From: Hemiscyllium ocellatum
Taxonomy: Eukaryota
Assembly: GCF_020745735.1 (NCBI RefSeq)
Contig: NW_026867501.1
Coordinates: forward strand, 62,001 to 126,000
Length of the DNA: 64,000 bases
Direction: 5' to 3'
This document shows positions 35,660 through 48,536 of this stretch, one piece after another. The notes under the pieces are model-generated. The model saw only the letters and a program-made list of their open reading frames with translations. It was not told where the DNA came from and did not search any database. Every line of letters begins with the position of its first letter. Position 1 is the first letter of the stretch. The translations under genes and the position numbers were made by a program.

Positions 35660-38160
35660 ACAAAGTTCAAAACCACACAACTCAAGTTATAGTCCAACAA
35701 ATTTATCAGGATGTATAAATTCTCCCCTTCGTCTGGTAGCCAGTGGTGCAACATCATCAAATTCAGAATTAATTGTAAAAGGGCAAAGTGTCATCCAACG
35801 AATGTGATTTTTGAACACACATAGTTTGTCTTTAAGTCTTTAATCACTTAGAATAGGGATTTCAGTTGCTTAATATCGAGAAGTGTCCTTGAGAAACACT
35901 TTCCTGATGAAGGGATTATGCCCAATACGTTGGTTCTACTGTTTATCGGCAGCTGCTTGACCTGCTGTGCTTTTCAAGCGTCAAACGTTTTGAATCTGCT
36001 TTCCAACATCTGTAGTCCTCACTTTCTCCTTGTCGATTTTGGAATATGTAAACCCAAGAACTATTTTCAAGTCACAGTCCCGAGATAATTCAAGTTTTTG
36101 AAAAAAAATGATATTTCAGCTTTGACAATGCATTAACAGTGTGAGGTTAGAGTCTGCCTGTATGCCAAAAATGAGTCAGTATGGTTCTATTTCCAAAGTA
36201 GGAATTTAGAAAATATTACATGGCTGCATATTGCGTGCTTTTTGAAAAAAAATAGAACGCGTCTTCAAATGCAGGTCGGCAAATGCAAATTCACACCATA
36301 TACTTAAACGCGTGTGTGCTTACATTTTGTTTGTGCTGGTGAGCGAGAGAGTGTGTGGGGGAGGGGGAGGGTGAGAGGGAGAGTGTGTTTGAGTACCTGA
36401 GATAGTGTCTGCGTGCGTGCTTGATACAGTGTGTGGGCGAGTTTGATGGAGTGTTTGCCTGTCAGTGGATGTGTGTGTGAATATGTGGGTGTAGATGCAA
36501 GTGTATGTGTGCGTCTGAGAGACAACATGTGTCTGAGAGAAAACATGTTTGTAAGAGAGAGTGTGTGTGTGTGCATGTGAGTGTGTGTGTGAAGATGTAC
36601 AGTGCAGTGTAATACCCTGTAGTGTGATATGAACCCAAAATCTCGATTCAGGTCATCCTCATGGATACTGAACTTGATGATCAACCTCTGCTCGTCTCCT
36701 CTGTCTTGTTTGGATCTAAAGTCCGCCTTGGAGGATGTTCACCCGAAGATCCAAAGCCGAATATACTTCACGGCTGAAGTGTTCCCCGACATGCTTGGCT
36801 GGCGATTACTACATTGTGTTCATTTATCCACTGTCTTAGCATCCGCGTGGTCTCGCCAATATACTATGCCTGAGAGCAGCATAGACTGCAATCTATGAGA
36901 TAGAAAACGTTGGCTGAATCACGTGAGGCTGCCACACACGTTGAGGGTAGTGGCCCAACGTTTAATTGTACTGTCCATGTCGATGGTCTGACATGTCTTG
37001 CAATGGTTGGGATGCTTGGTCTTGAGTTCAATGTCGTCTTGAAGGCTGGGAGTTTTGCTGCGAACAATGGTCTGTTTATGCAACTCTGTCATGACAACCG
37101 TTGCAAGACATGATAGAATATCATAACAACTGGGGACGCCATCCACCTGGTGAGTGGCAGATATTCATGTGACTCAGCCAAAATTGTCGACCTCAAATGT
37201 TGCAAGTAAGGTTGCCCTGAGGCATAGTATATTGGCGAGACCAAGAGGAAGCTACAACAATGGATGAATGGACATCACGCAAAAATCTCTAAAAGGGGAT
37301 GCTCCCTCCCAGACGGGGAACACTTCGTGAGTCAAGAAGGATCGGCCTCGGATCTTCAGGTGACCATCCACCAAGAAGAGCTTTGGGATCCACAACAATG
37401 CAGAGACTGATAGCCAATTTCGGTATTCATGAGGGCAGCTTCAAAAGGATGTGGTTCATGTCACACTTCAAGGTCCTCCACTACACTATACACCCTGACA
37501 CACACCTTCACACACAGCACATAACCATACACATACACATACTCTTGGGCACACGATCACTCTCAGACCCTTCATCATATGTATACTGTCTCTCAGACAC
37601 ACTCACACGCACACACTCACACTCACATGCACACCCTCCCACAGGCATATACTCCAAAACACTCATGCGCACACTTTCTCAAGCACACATTCACACACAT
37701 TCTCCCTTTCCAAACACATATATTTTCTCTCTCCCTCACACTCATGCACACGTCTGCAGATTTTGTTCAAAAACTGTAGGCAGTCAGTTCATATGATATT
37801 TGAAACTTCCCACTTTGGAAACAGAACCAGTATGACTAAAGGTTGGGATATACTAACACACACCATTAATGTCTGAACTGAGGCGTCACTTTTTTTAATA
37901 AATCCTTAAGTTATCTTTGGACAGACTTGAGAGCTGTTCTGGGATTTACATATTAATCAATCGAACACTGCATCTGCATTGCAAGTGATTAAAGACTGAA
38001 CAGCAATCGAGTTTTGTTAAGTGCATTGCATGATTGGTATGACACTTTAACCTTCATCAGAAGTGCTGCGTGCTATGATCCGGCCACACTGGCTACCTGA
38101 CGAAGAAGAGGCTCACCCACAGCTTGTACATACAGATACATTCGTTGGAAATCACCTGCT
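35660..38160. mobile_element. Two inverted copies of a Penelope-like 3-prime end (35660-36880 on -, 37190-38160 on +)
   Basis: Both carry decayed GIY-YIG (TATATTGGCGAGACCA = YIGET), a CA-rich tract and shared CTTTGGAAA.AGAACCA and GGGATTTACATATT blocks in opposite orientation. A short element of a second PLE family sits at about 35900-36030. Confidence 0.65.
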
Positions 38161-38249
38161 GTTGTGCAATTTTTAACATTCTGTTTTAATTATCCTGTCT
38201 GCGCTCGACAGGAGCATCCCAATAGCTTACACGAATTAAGCTATCACAT

Positions 38250-39330
38250 AGCTTAATGACATCAAGAAGTTTGGGATAACGATGAATCATACAATCGTTT
38301 TATAGATTGTCACGTGATGTATCCCTGATTCTTGAGGCGCGTCAACTATGATTCGTCCACCATCTTTGAATACTCTTTCCCTTTCCACTCTTTGATTTCT
38401 CCTCATTAGTTCATCACAGCAACTTAACGTAATCTAGCATTCTCAAATCTATCTACCAATTTCCTGTGTGTATATTATCTAAAACTTTCAAATATCTGAA
38501 AATACGCCACATCCGCTGGTTGTCCCTTCTGTTGCTACAATTTAAATCCACAAAACGAATTCCCAGTGGATTTGTCAAATATTCCTTTCCTTTATAACGT
38601 CATATTGAATCATCTCAAACGTATCATTATTTCGAAATGTCTACTTATGGTCGGCTTCATTATATGACCTGATGTTTTCCCTGCAACTGGCATTTAACAG
38701 GTCATTGGTTCCTATTTTCTTCTCCCGCCCTTCTTAAGTAGTTCGGCCATTTTCCCTTCTTTCTAAACGTCACGAAACATGCCAGAAATTCTTGAATTTC
38801 CAACGATAACCAATAGTGCTTGCATTGTCTCTCCTCACACCTCATTCAAGATTTTGGAATGGACCCGATTTGGTCCAGGGATTTTAGCCAACTTTATTAC
38901 AAGAGGTTTTCTGTTCTCACTTGCCAAAGGCTTTGCAAGTGTCGGCCTCCTCCTCAGACATCATCCATTACTGGTGAATCATTATTTCAAATTATTGTTA
39001 GATTTAAATATAGACCAGTTTAGACATATTGTAAAATGCTCTTGGACAAGCGGGAGTGGCACCATATCTTGCTGGTTAGCAGTCAGGTGCGCTATCCATT
39101 GCATCGCTCACCCAGGACATAGTTTTGACATATTCATTGCAGAGTTGAGATGTTAACAGAATCACAAGTGGGAATGGTAACAACCGAATGAAAAGCAAAG
39201 ATAATAACTGCCAATGCTTTGATTGAGCCTTTACTGTAAAACAAACCATTTTTGTCTTCATGTCTCTGGTTCATGATCAAATATTTTCCTGCTGGACCTT
39301 TCTCTTATTTCAGTCACAGTCATTCCTCAA
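38250..39330 (-). mobile_element. Decayed CR1 LINE fragment
   Basis: Reverse complement resembles CR1 ORF2 upstream of the RT core; many stops. Confidence 0.45.
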
Positions 39331-41516
39331 TTTTGTCATCCAATCGCGTGCAATGTTCTTTCATGCTTAGCGTAAGGTCTATTGAAATCAAGACCACGAA
39401 TAAATTCAATGAGAATCTTCTGGTAATTTCTACCAAAGGTTCTGGAATCAGACGAGTTGAACAACACGTTTTATTGGTGCTTCACATTCGCTGCAGTTCA
39501 GTACTTCAAAACAGGCCTCTGTCAGTATCAACTGTTTTGTACTTTCGTTCAGTTTGCCTGCTGGACAACATCAAATTATCATAACTTCACTTTCTTCAGA
39601 ATGACATCCAAGACGACAATATGAACTGTTTCAATGTTTCACGTTGTGCACCCGATTGGAAGGAGATTGTTACTGGGAATTCTGATACCGCATATTCCTA
39701 CAATCAGCATATGGGACAATCAGGTTAATGAGATCCTGTTGTCTCTTTAAGCAGTCGTGCAAAAGCATATCAAATCTAAATACCGTTAACCTTAAACTCT
39801 GTGGCTTGAGCAATATCCTTGTAAATCTTTTGCCAATATGTTCTGCTTTAATGCAGACAAACCTATTGCCGTCATTCAGTATGTGAACATGTATTTCATA
39901 AATATTTGTTTTTTAATGCCTTCGTATGTGTTTGGCATTCCAAATGACTTCACTGAAGGTTAATGCACGAACTTGAGAGAGAACCTGCAGGAGGATTTAG
40001 CATTATGCATTTACGAAGAACATTTTCATCATCACTTGGTGAGCGCAGACATGATGGGCCAAATGGTCTGTTTTTGTGCTGTATGGTTCTATGATTGATT
40101 ATGACTGCTAGTTCCCTCTTGACTAAATTAACAGGAAGTTATGACATTGTTGGTAAATAAAAACCGAAAGATTTGCAGATGCTGTAAATCAGGAACAGAA
40201 GCCAATGTTGCTTGAAAAGATCAGCAGGTCAGGTAACATCTGTGAAGAAATGTCAGAGTTAATGTTTCGGGTGGTGCCTCTTCCATTCTGTGGAAGGATC
40301 GCAGGATCCGAAACAGTAACTGATTTTTCTTCAGAGATGCTCCGAGGCCTCTTTAGCTTTTCCAGCAACTTCTGGTTTTGTTCATGGCATTATTGCTGTT
40401 GGTAGTACTGAGATGAAAGACACTGAAGTGTATCATTGTGCAATGGCATCCTGGAACAAAGACTGAACACTCCCAGAAACTATCTGTGCAACTGCCTCAA
40501 GAGAACTCGCATGGCTGCCCACTTCGCAATATGCCATCTAACGTGTAATCCAATCAATAGGTTTCACCATTTCGATTACAAATGTTTCATTCCGACCGTG
40601 CAGAATAAACCAACTCCTGAAAGATGCTGAGCACCACGTGCATCCTATTTTCTGCAGAAACAGACTTCGCTTCATTCGAGCACCCAGAGTCAGAAATGTC
40701 TCTTTTGTGACTGACTATGAAAATAGGATTTTCTTTCTCTTAATTACTGCCAGATAGAGAAGAGGAACCCGCTAGTCTTGACAAAACTTAAATGTCCTGA
40801 TGTGAATTGCTGACAAAGAATCAACACACTTGCACAGAGGATGAAAAATGTTTATTTCAGTGCAGCTTAACAGCAGAAGGGTTGCAGCGACTGATTTGTT
40901 TTACTGATGGTTTTGACTCAATAATCAGCCACTATGAAATGGTTTCAATTGGTTTGTGTTGTTCAGATGCCAGTTGCATCCAAACTCCTTCTGATATTTT
41001 AAAGGAAGTCTGCATTATGCTGGATCTGTGAATCTATAACTTCGCATTTTTTGAATTGTAAACGTGAAGGGTCAGAGGCAGTATTCAATATCCCAAAATG
41101 CGTTTGAAGTTGTTCAGATTGTTCCAGTGTTTTTGCATTAGAGACCTGTGACAAGTCATTGTCTGTGAAACCGAATGCTGCAATTCAATATTACTGGAGG
41201 ATTTTGTGGCATCAGAACAAATTGCCTAACTTTCCTTAGAGTTCATCGCTGGAACAATGAAGAATTTTGCATCATCATGATAGATTCAAAATAAATTATT
41301 TGTTTTACGTTCACGAAACTAGCTGCCTTAGTTTATGTCAGTAATAGATTTACAATGATTAACGTTTTGTGACCAAATGATAAGTATGTCATATCACCGT
41401 AAAATCGGAAACCAGTTCAGATACACTCCTGATCTTACTGTTTGCCTAATACACTCCTTTGTTCAGTGACGCTCTTAGAGTTTTTGTACAGGGTCAGCCG
41501 CCTCTGAGTCTCCGTG

Positions 41517-41932
41517 GGTCTCAGTGCACAGTAATACATTGCGGAGTCTGTTAGTTCTGCTTTCAACATTTTCAGCTCGATAGTATGGTTTCCATGATCA
41601 AAATTCGAGGAGAGCCGGTCCCGGAGAAAATTCGCCGTTTTCTCGCTATATTTGCTTTTCAGGAGCAGAAACTCCATCAACCCATTGGAAGATTGGCGGT
41701 ACCAGAATAGTTTAGGATCGCTGCCTATTGTAGCGTAATCACAGAACAACTGGACATCATCCCCCTCATTCACTGTGAATGCAGCCGGTGTTTGTGAGAC
41801 AGAATCACCACGACAAAGTCCTGTAAGAGACAGAAGTTATGGAAAATTAAATAAGGCACTATTATATTCTTATCGACCTGAATCAATAACCCGAGAAATA
41901 AATCAGGGAAGCTTCACTAGAATCCATTTCAT
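41517..41932 (-). pseudogene. TCR alpha-like V segment: intact V exon (41517-41820), leader (41878-41932) with in-frame TGA
   Basis: GLCRGDSVSQTPAAFTVNEGDDVQLFCDYATIGSDPKLFWYRQSSNGLMEFLLLKSKYSEKTANFLRDRLSSNFDHGNHTIELKMLKAELTDSAMYYCALRP. RSS CACGGAG (41516-41510)-22-ACAAAAACT (41487-41479). Best leader candidate MKWILVKLP*FISRVIDS-G|GT has a stop at 41905-41903. Confidence 0.85.
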
Positions 41933-43949
41933 GTGAGAAGATCATTTTCTATTTCACCTTCCGAAACTTGACGAGCAAACTGAAAACTCTTGGTGGATAT
42001 ATAAAACTCTCTCTTCTATTGAATCATCGCAATGACTTCAGTCCTGTCTGGATTTCCAGCCTAAATCTTCAATTGTCATTCACTCATGTACTTCCTTTAA
42101 CTTCTCCCAAAAGTACTTGGGAGACAGCATTGTTGCTTCTATTTTGCTAAAACTATTTGAGTAAACGTAATCCCATCAAAGGGCTGAAGCACATGCATAG
42201 ACAAGTTTTCAACCTACTAGTGAGAAGTGCTGCAGCTGTGAGCTGTAAACAAAGAGTTCCAGGCGACATGTTTGCACATTCACATGCGCAGCGTGAATGT
42301 GAGCAGAACTAGCTAAAGCCAAAATGGTTTTTGTCAAGAGTTCGGAAGAGGTTGAGTAATTTCCGGATCTCTGCTCATTGGTTCATTATTGACAACCGCA
42401 TTAGGTACAGCCAATGAGCTTGAAGCTCCTTTGTTCTTATATTGAACCAATTCACAGGCCACTCGGGTGTTTTCCTACATTTTCTGGTGGTGGAAATTGA
42501 ATAAAGATTTGTACACCTTGTCTCTCACTGTGTCTCACAGCTGCATACACACACCATGGGTGCTGGGGATAAAAATAATAAGCACTACCGCAGTTAGGCG
42601 GTAGTGTGGGGGTTAAAAAAAAAGAAAAAAGAAAAAAATTAACAGGGAATAAAGGCACTGCTTGTCACTGAAGAAAAAAAAAAAAAAGAAAAAAAATATA
42701 CTGAAAATCAGCTTCAAGTTCCTTTGGACTCCACTTCATATTATGGCTAAAGTGAGAAAAGATCAACGTTCTGATGAAGGGTTAGTGGCGCCGAAAAGTT
42801 AACTAATGTTTCTCTTCCCAGTTGCTGCCAGACCTACTGAGTTTCTCCAGTTAATTCTGTTTCTGTTTAAGATTTTGAACAAACTCAGTTCTTCCTTATT
42901 TTCGTTTAATGATCTTCGGGTTTAGAATGAGGTGGCTCTCATTGCCTATGAGGTCCTGCATTGGGGTTGTTAACTTGGGCCAGTCGGGTAACCCGGGCAC
43001 AGGCATAAAAAGCAGAATTTGAGTCTCCTCACTTCATGGACTGACTCCGAGATGGCTGGCCAGAGCCATAATTCTCTGCTCATGTAAATGGATGGTGCTT
43101 TCGTGACGGCATATCTGTGTCTGTGCGTGTTTCTTGTCTGTGTTTAGAAAGTAAGTTTGTTCAAGTACATACTAGGTTTTAGACAGAGGTTAAACCAAAT
43201 GTTTTCCCTTAACGGTTATTATTTCTCTAAACAAAGCCAAAGAAGGAAATTAGCACATGCTGTTCGAGTATCAGAAGTGAGGTTCCCCAGTTAACAAGAC
43301 TGCTTTCAGATTTTGGCAGCCGCTTCAGCTGATGCTGAGGACTGCTGGATCTAAGGGATTTTGATGCAATAATGACGTTTAAAAAAAAATAAGAAACGAC
43401 ATTTACCATCAACGCAAAAAAGCATCAAATGTTGCCATTATTTACATGATCCATTGCAACTGAATTTGCTTAATTTTACTGTGTGCCTTCGTCAGCGTAG
43501 CTCCTGCATTGATATCAGATGCCCTGCAGCGTATCAAACACATGGTCCACTGCCACATTGTCTCAGACTATTAGAGATGGACATCAGTGGCTCCCATACA
43601 AGGCTAACGGGTTGTTAACGGGAATAAATTACATTGTGTCATGGTCTCCTTCATCTGCATGAGAATAGTGAGAGAGAAGAGGCACACTACCAGACAGCTA
43701 TGTTCATTTCAACTTAAGGTGATTCTCTGAGTAGAGTTTGCATATGCGCTCTGTCACTGCGTGGGTTTCCTATGGGCGCTCGGGTTCCTCCCACAGTTGA
43801 AAGATGAGTAGATACGTGAATTAGCTATAAGAGGTGCAGGGTTACTGGAATTGGCTGGGATGTTCTTCTAAGGTTCGGAATGGAGTTGGTGGGCTGAATG
43901 TTTGCTTTCAACCTGCTTTCAAGTTTGCGTACGATTGATTGTTGTCTTT

Positions 43950-44620
43950 ATATGTTCATTTTGTGGAATCTGGGCGTCGCTAGATGGCTAGCATTTATTG
44001 CCTGCCTCTCGTTCCTCTTGAGAAGGTGATGGCAAGTTACCTTCTTGAACCACTCCAGTCCACCTGCTGCGTCCAAAATATTAACAGGAAAGAAATTTCC
44101 AGATATTGAACAAGTGACAGTCAAGGAACACCAATATATTTCCAAGACAGAATGGTGAATGGCTTTGAGGTGTCCTCGAAGTTGAGTGTACTCCCAAAAA
44201 GCATACGTCCCTTATCCTTCGGGATGGAAGGAGTCCTGCATTTTGAAGTTGCTGTCTGAGGTTCTTTGGTAAAATTTTGCAGTGAATTTTATCGATAACA
44301 AAAACTGAGAGTCATTCGTGGATGCAACATATGCTTGTGGATGCAATACCAATCAAGCCGGCTGCTTTGTCCTGGATGGTGTCAAGATTCTTGAGTATTT
44401 TTGGGACTGAACTCAGCGAGAAAAGTAGAGTGTATTCCAAAACACTCTTGTTTTGCATCTTTTAGAAGGTGGGCAGACATTGGAGAGTCAGGAGAAACTG
44501 TACAGACAGCTATATTTTATCCTCTGACGTGCTTTTTTGGTGAATCCCGGTTGGGTTTCTGCTCAACGAATTTCCCGGCATGTTGAGAGTTGAGGATTCA
44601 GTGTTGATGATGACATCTTA
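43950..44620 (-). mobile_element. Decayed non-LTR retrotransposon (CR1/L2 group) 3-prime fragment
   Basis: Homologous to 47430-48140 and 54860-55300; the 47.8-48.0 kb copy gives RT-like MEWSQLVWLSAT...LDKAAQLID. Confidence 0.55.
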
Positions 44621-45039
44621 AAAGAAAGACACCCTGTTATTTTCATGTATCCTTCAATTGTTATTTAGCCTGATCTTTAATCAATGTGCATCATGATCGT
44701 TATATTTCTATTTCTCCCATTTATTCTTCAACAGGTTATCACCATTCTGTCCTCTGAAAGTATTATTAATATATATCTCCACTTTCCCTTTTCTCCATTA
44801 ATGTTTCTCGGTTGCAAATGTATCTTTCCTTTACCGCCCTCCACATATCCAATTGTCCTCACTTATGACCATGTTTAACAATTACTGTTCATTATTTACC
44901 CTGATATTTTGCCTTCATTTTCCTTATTTTGGATTTTGATGCCCACAGTTACGAATGAACATACTTCAAAATCAGCAGAGCAGAACTCTCATTCTGTGCA
45001 CGTTTTAGTACGGACTCTCCATCTGTTTGTGACACTGTG

Positions 45040-45373
45040 CCCTCACTGCACAGAGGTAGATGGCGGTGTCATTAAGTCTGGCATCTTTCAAAGTCAAGGT
45101 ACTGAGTTTGTAATCTTCACTGATTGAAGCAACGATTCTCTCTGGCTGATCGTCTTCTCTTTTGGCCATCATCACATGCTGGGGTGGCTGATTTGGCAGC
45201 TGTCTGTACCAACGCACTATGCTAAATTTAGTTGCAATGGAGCAATTCATGGACACAATTCCCCCTTCACTAACAACCATCCACACAGGTTGTTGCAGCA
45301 CTTCACCTTCTCCAATCACCTCCGTGAAGATCAGAGTGGAAAACAACAGGAGGACTCTGCCGATTTGAAACAT
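45040..45373 (-). CDS. Intronless leader+V TCR segment, apparently functional
   Basis: Single open frame MFQIGRVLLLFSTLIFTEVIG-EGEVLQQPVWMVVSEGGIVSMNCSIATKFSIVRWYRQLPNQPPQHVMMAKREDDQPERIVASISEDYKLSTLTLKDARLNDTAIYLCAVR with C, W and C intact. RSS CACAGTG (45039-45033)-23-ACTAAAACG (45009-45001). Confidence 0.9.
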
Positions 45374-45446
45374 TATCAGACTATATGAAAAGTGGTGAAA
45401 GCAATTATCCGAGGTGCTCTTTGACGAACGGGAGATAAATATGATA

Positions 45447-45653
45447 TTTATAAGATTAATCAAATAGAATATGCACACGTCACATCTAACTCTGAAATGC
45501 CACGCTGTTGAAGTTGCACAAAATGCGAAGTCTTGGCGTTTGTTTCTGTCACAAAGCATTCACACTGACAGTTGCTCGCACTGTCTGGAAGGTCACTCCT
45601 CCTCAAGCCCTCATCTTCAAGGTTTATAACTGAATCGCGCTGCCATCTTGTGA
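45447..45653 (-). promoter_or_regulatory. Candidate V promoter: TATA box, CRE half-site and CTCF-like motif
   Basis: On minus: TATAAA (45452-45447), TGACGT (45482-45477) and TCACAAGATGGCAGCGC (about 45653-45637). The module is repeated upstream of the two paralogous V pseudogenes. Confidence 0.5.
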
Positions 45654-45879
45654 CGTGTACAATATGTTGCGCTGTTCACATTCTGAGAGTAATTGCAGTT
45701 CGCTGCTGATAATGCTCAATGGAAACACTTATGTCATCCTTCCTGGTGGAATATAGGTGAGACTCTGCATTTCAACTTCATTTGCTGCCTCTCAGTCTTT
45801 CACACCACTCTCCTCTAACAAAGTAACCAAACATTTGTTCCACGAGGAAATGTTTAATAAGTGAGGCAGTAGAATCCAA

Positions 45880-46089
45880 TGATAGCCATCAGTCAAAACT
45901 GGGATGGTTAATTCAGGAGCTACCTGTACAAAAGCACTGGTCTACATTCAGTGGCAAAGGAGGAATTCACGGACACGATTTCCACTTGCTCAACATCCAC
46001 AAACGAACTTGCATCGCATCATATTCTGCAGTCACCTCCTTGGAGATAAGTGTGAAAATTAGCAGCAGGATTCTGAAAATTCGCGTCAT
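45880..46089 (-). pseudogene. 3-prime-truncated intronless leader+V paralog
   Basis: MTRIFRILLLIFTLISKEVTAEY[fs]...VEQVEIVSVNSSFATECRPVLLYR*LLN*PSQF*LMAI aligns with 45040-45373; ends before FR3, no RSS. Confidence 0.75.
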
Positions 46090-47084
46090 CATTAGATTGC
46101 ATGAACACTAGAGAAATCAGTTGTCCACGGAGTTCTGTTGAGGAACAGAAGGTAAATAATATAATTTAAGAGTTAATAACTGGAAATGCGCACGCTTCAC
46201 GTCTAAGTAAGAATCGCCTTCGTGTGGAAGTTGCCACGAAGCTAAGTCTTGGCATTTGTTTCTGTAACATGACTCTCACACTGTCAGGAAAGTCACTCTC
46301 CCTCCAACCCTCATTTTCAATATTTAGTACAGATACTCTGCCACCTCTCGTGGCGTGCACAAGTAATGACAATGTTCAAATTCTGGCGTTAATTACAGTT
46401 TACTGGAAACTGCTCAATGAAAGCAGGTATCACCCATTTCCTGTAGAAGACAACATTTGAACTTCATTTGCAGTATCCAATTATTTCAGAGTATTTTCCT
46501 CGTGATCGTTATCAAAACTATATTACACAGGAAAATTTCAATGAATGAAGTAGTGCAATCGAATGTGACTTTTGTTGCATATGTTGGACAAATGTGTCCA
46601 GATTTCTTTAACTTTGTGTCGTTGTAAATGTAACTGCCTTGCCTATATCACATGCATTGCATTGTGTCGATTCGATGGCTCACCATCGCATTGTCACAGA
46701 CTAATAGAGGTAGGAACCAGCATTGCCAGCCACGCCCATGCAAGATTAATGCATGTTTTGAAGACGACAAACACATTGTGTTAAAGTCTCCCTCCGCTGA
46801 AAGGAAATGATCAAGGAGCAGAGATACACTTCAGTACACGATTCAAATCCTGACCAAACCGAATATAACACTATCAGATTTTCAGATGTCTCAAAAATAA
46901 ATGAGAAGGCCAATCAGGGATGATGGTTCAAACAGCCTGCAAGAAAGTAAGTTATTGGCTGTTTTAGTGTGTGCGACTATAGGGTAGTCTTATGAGATCT
47001 CTAGGAAATTTGCAGCATCATGAAATGAACAATTTATAAGTAGGACAATATCAAATCATGCATTTTCAGCAACATTCTTGTGAT

Positions 47085-47375
47085 AATGGCACGTGGTTCA
47101 ATGGTATAATTACTGCTTCACTGCACCAGAGATGCAGGTTCAATGTCCACCTCAGGTGACCGTTTGTGTGGATACTGCACATTTTCCTGTGTCACTCTGA
47201 ATTTTCTGTGGGAGCTCTGGTTTCCTCCCATAATCCAAAGATAGGCAGGTTTGTTGAATTAGCCGCAAGAGATGCAAGGATCGGATGGTCTGACTGTGAT
47301 GTTCTTCAGAGGCTCAGTGTGGACTCGATGAGCCAAATGGCTGGCTTTCACAGTGTAGGGGTTGTATACTTAGAT
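47085..47375 (+). mobile_element. Old, diverged HE1/V-SINE-type SINE
   Basis: GGCACGTGGTTCAATGGT...ACTGCTTCACTGCACCAGAGATGCAGGTTCAAT...GGTTTCCTCCCATAATCCAAAGAT. Similar decayed pieces at about 43750-43900 and 53640-53810. Confidence 0.65.
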
Positions 47376-47429
47376 TGTGTTACAACTGATGTCGTTCTTT
47401 ATTAATTTATGGGATATGGGCGTCGTTGG

Positions 47430-48140
47430 CTTTTCAACATTTGTTGCTCATCTCTTGTCGCCTTTGCAAAAGTATTGGTGAGTTGCCTTCTTAGACCGCT
47501 GCAGGCCACCTTCCATGGGTTGATCGACAATGCCACTGGGAAGGGAATTCCAGTATTCTCATCAGGCGACTCCGAAGGAATGTCGATATATATTCAAATT
47601 AGAATATTGCGTGGCTTGAAGGGGGGATTGAAGGCAGTGCTGCTCCCATATAATCTGTTAGCCCTTATCCTTCGAGATCGTAGAGGTCATGTCTTTGGGA
47701 GTTGTTGTCTGAAGATGTTTGTGGAATTTATGCTGTGCATCTTGCAGATGATGCACTCTGAGCATCATTCATCAGCGCACTGGATGCACGATCAATCCTT
47801 GATTAAGGGTTTTTGCCCGAAACGTCAATTTTCCTGCTCCTCGGACGCTGCCTGAAGTGCTGTGCTTTTCCAGCACCACTCTGATCTAGGCTATCAATCA
47901 ATTGGGCTGCTTTGTCCAGAGTTGTGCCAATAGTGTTGCGTAATTTGAGGGTTGCACTGAGCCAGACAAGTTGAGACCATTCCATCATACTCCTGCCTTG
48001 TCGATGCCGGACAAGCTTTGCGGAGTCAGGAGTCTGTTACAGACAGCAGCATTCAAGCATCTGGCCTGCTATTGCAGCCATCATGTTTATGCAGAGATTC
48101 TGGATAAGGAAGCTCCCAGGTGGTAAAGCCATGTTAAAGG
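47430..48140 (-). mobile_element. Decayed CR1/L2-group LINE fragment with a nested short PLE-derived element (about 47790-47890)
   Basis: RT-like peptide in ORF 47803-47988; the nested piece matches the PLE terminal repeat. Confidence 0.55.
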
Positions 48141-48536
48141 AAAAACGAGCATGTTTTCTTCCTGCTTCCTTCAATTGTGATTTAACCTGATCTATAACAT
48201 AAGTACATCATGCACTTTTTTCACTTTCTTCAATTTGTTCTTCAACAGTTTCTCACAATTCTGTCCCGTGCCAGTATTATTATAGTATCTCTCCACGCTT
48301 CCTTTTTTCTATGCTAATGCTTCGGACTTGCAAAGATTCACTTAGTCCACCTCCAAACACATATCCAATGACTTTCCTTCAGATCACTTTTAAGGTTTTC
48401 TGTTCCATACTGTCTGTTATATATTGCTCTACTTTCCATTAAATCGGACTTTGGACCACAGAATGAATAACAACATATCAGAACTCCATACTTAGTTTCT
48501 TTTGGCATGGATTCGCTGTCTGCTTGTGACACTGTG

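Noticed and set aside
40405-40460. TEMKDTEVYHCAM V-end-like stub
   Set aside because: Only about 45 nt, abuts a repeat, and has no convincing heptamer.
45374-45559. N-terminal extension of the 184-aa ORF over the intronless V
   Set aside because: Runs through the TATA/CRE promoter module and is not conserved as an ORF in the paralogs; the real start is most likely the ATG at 45373.
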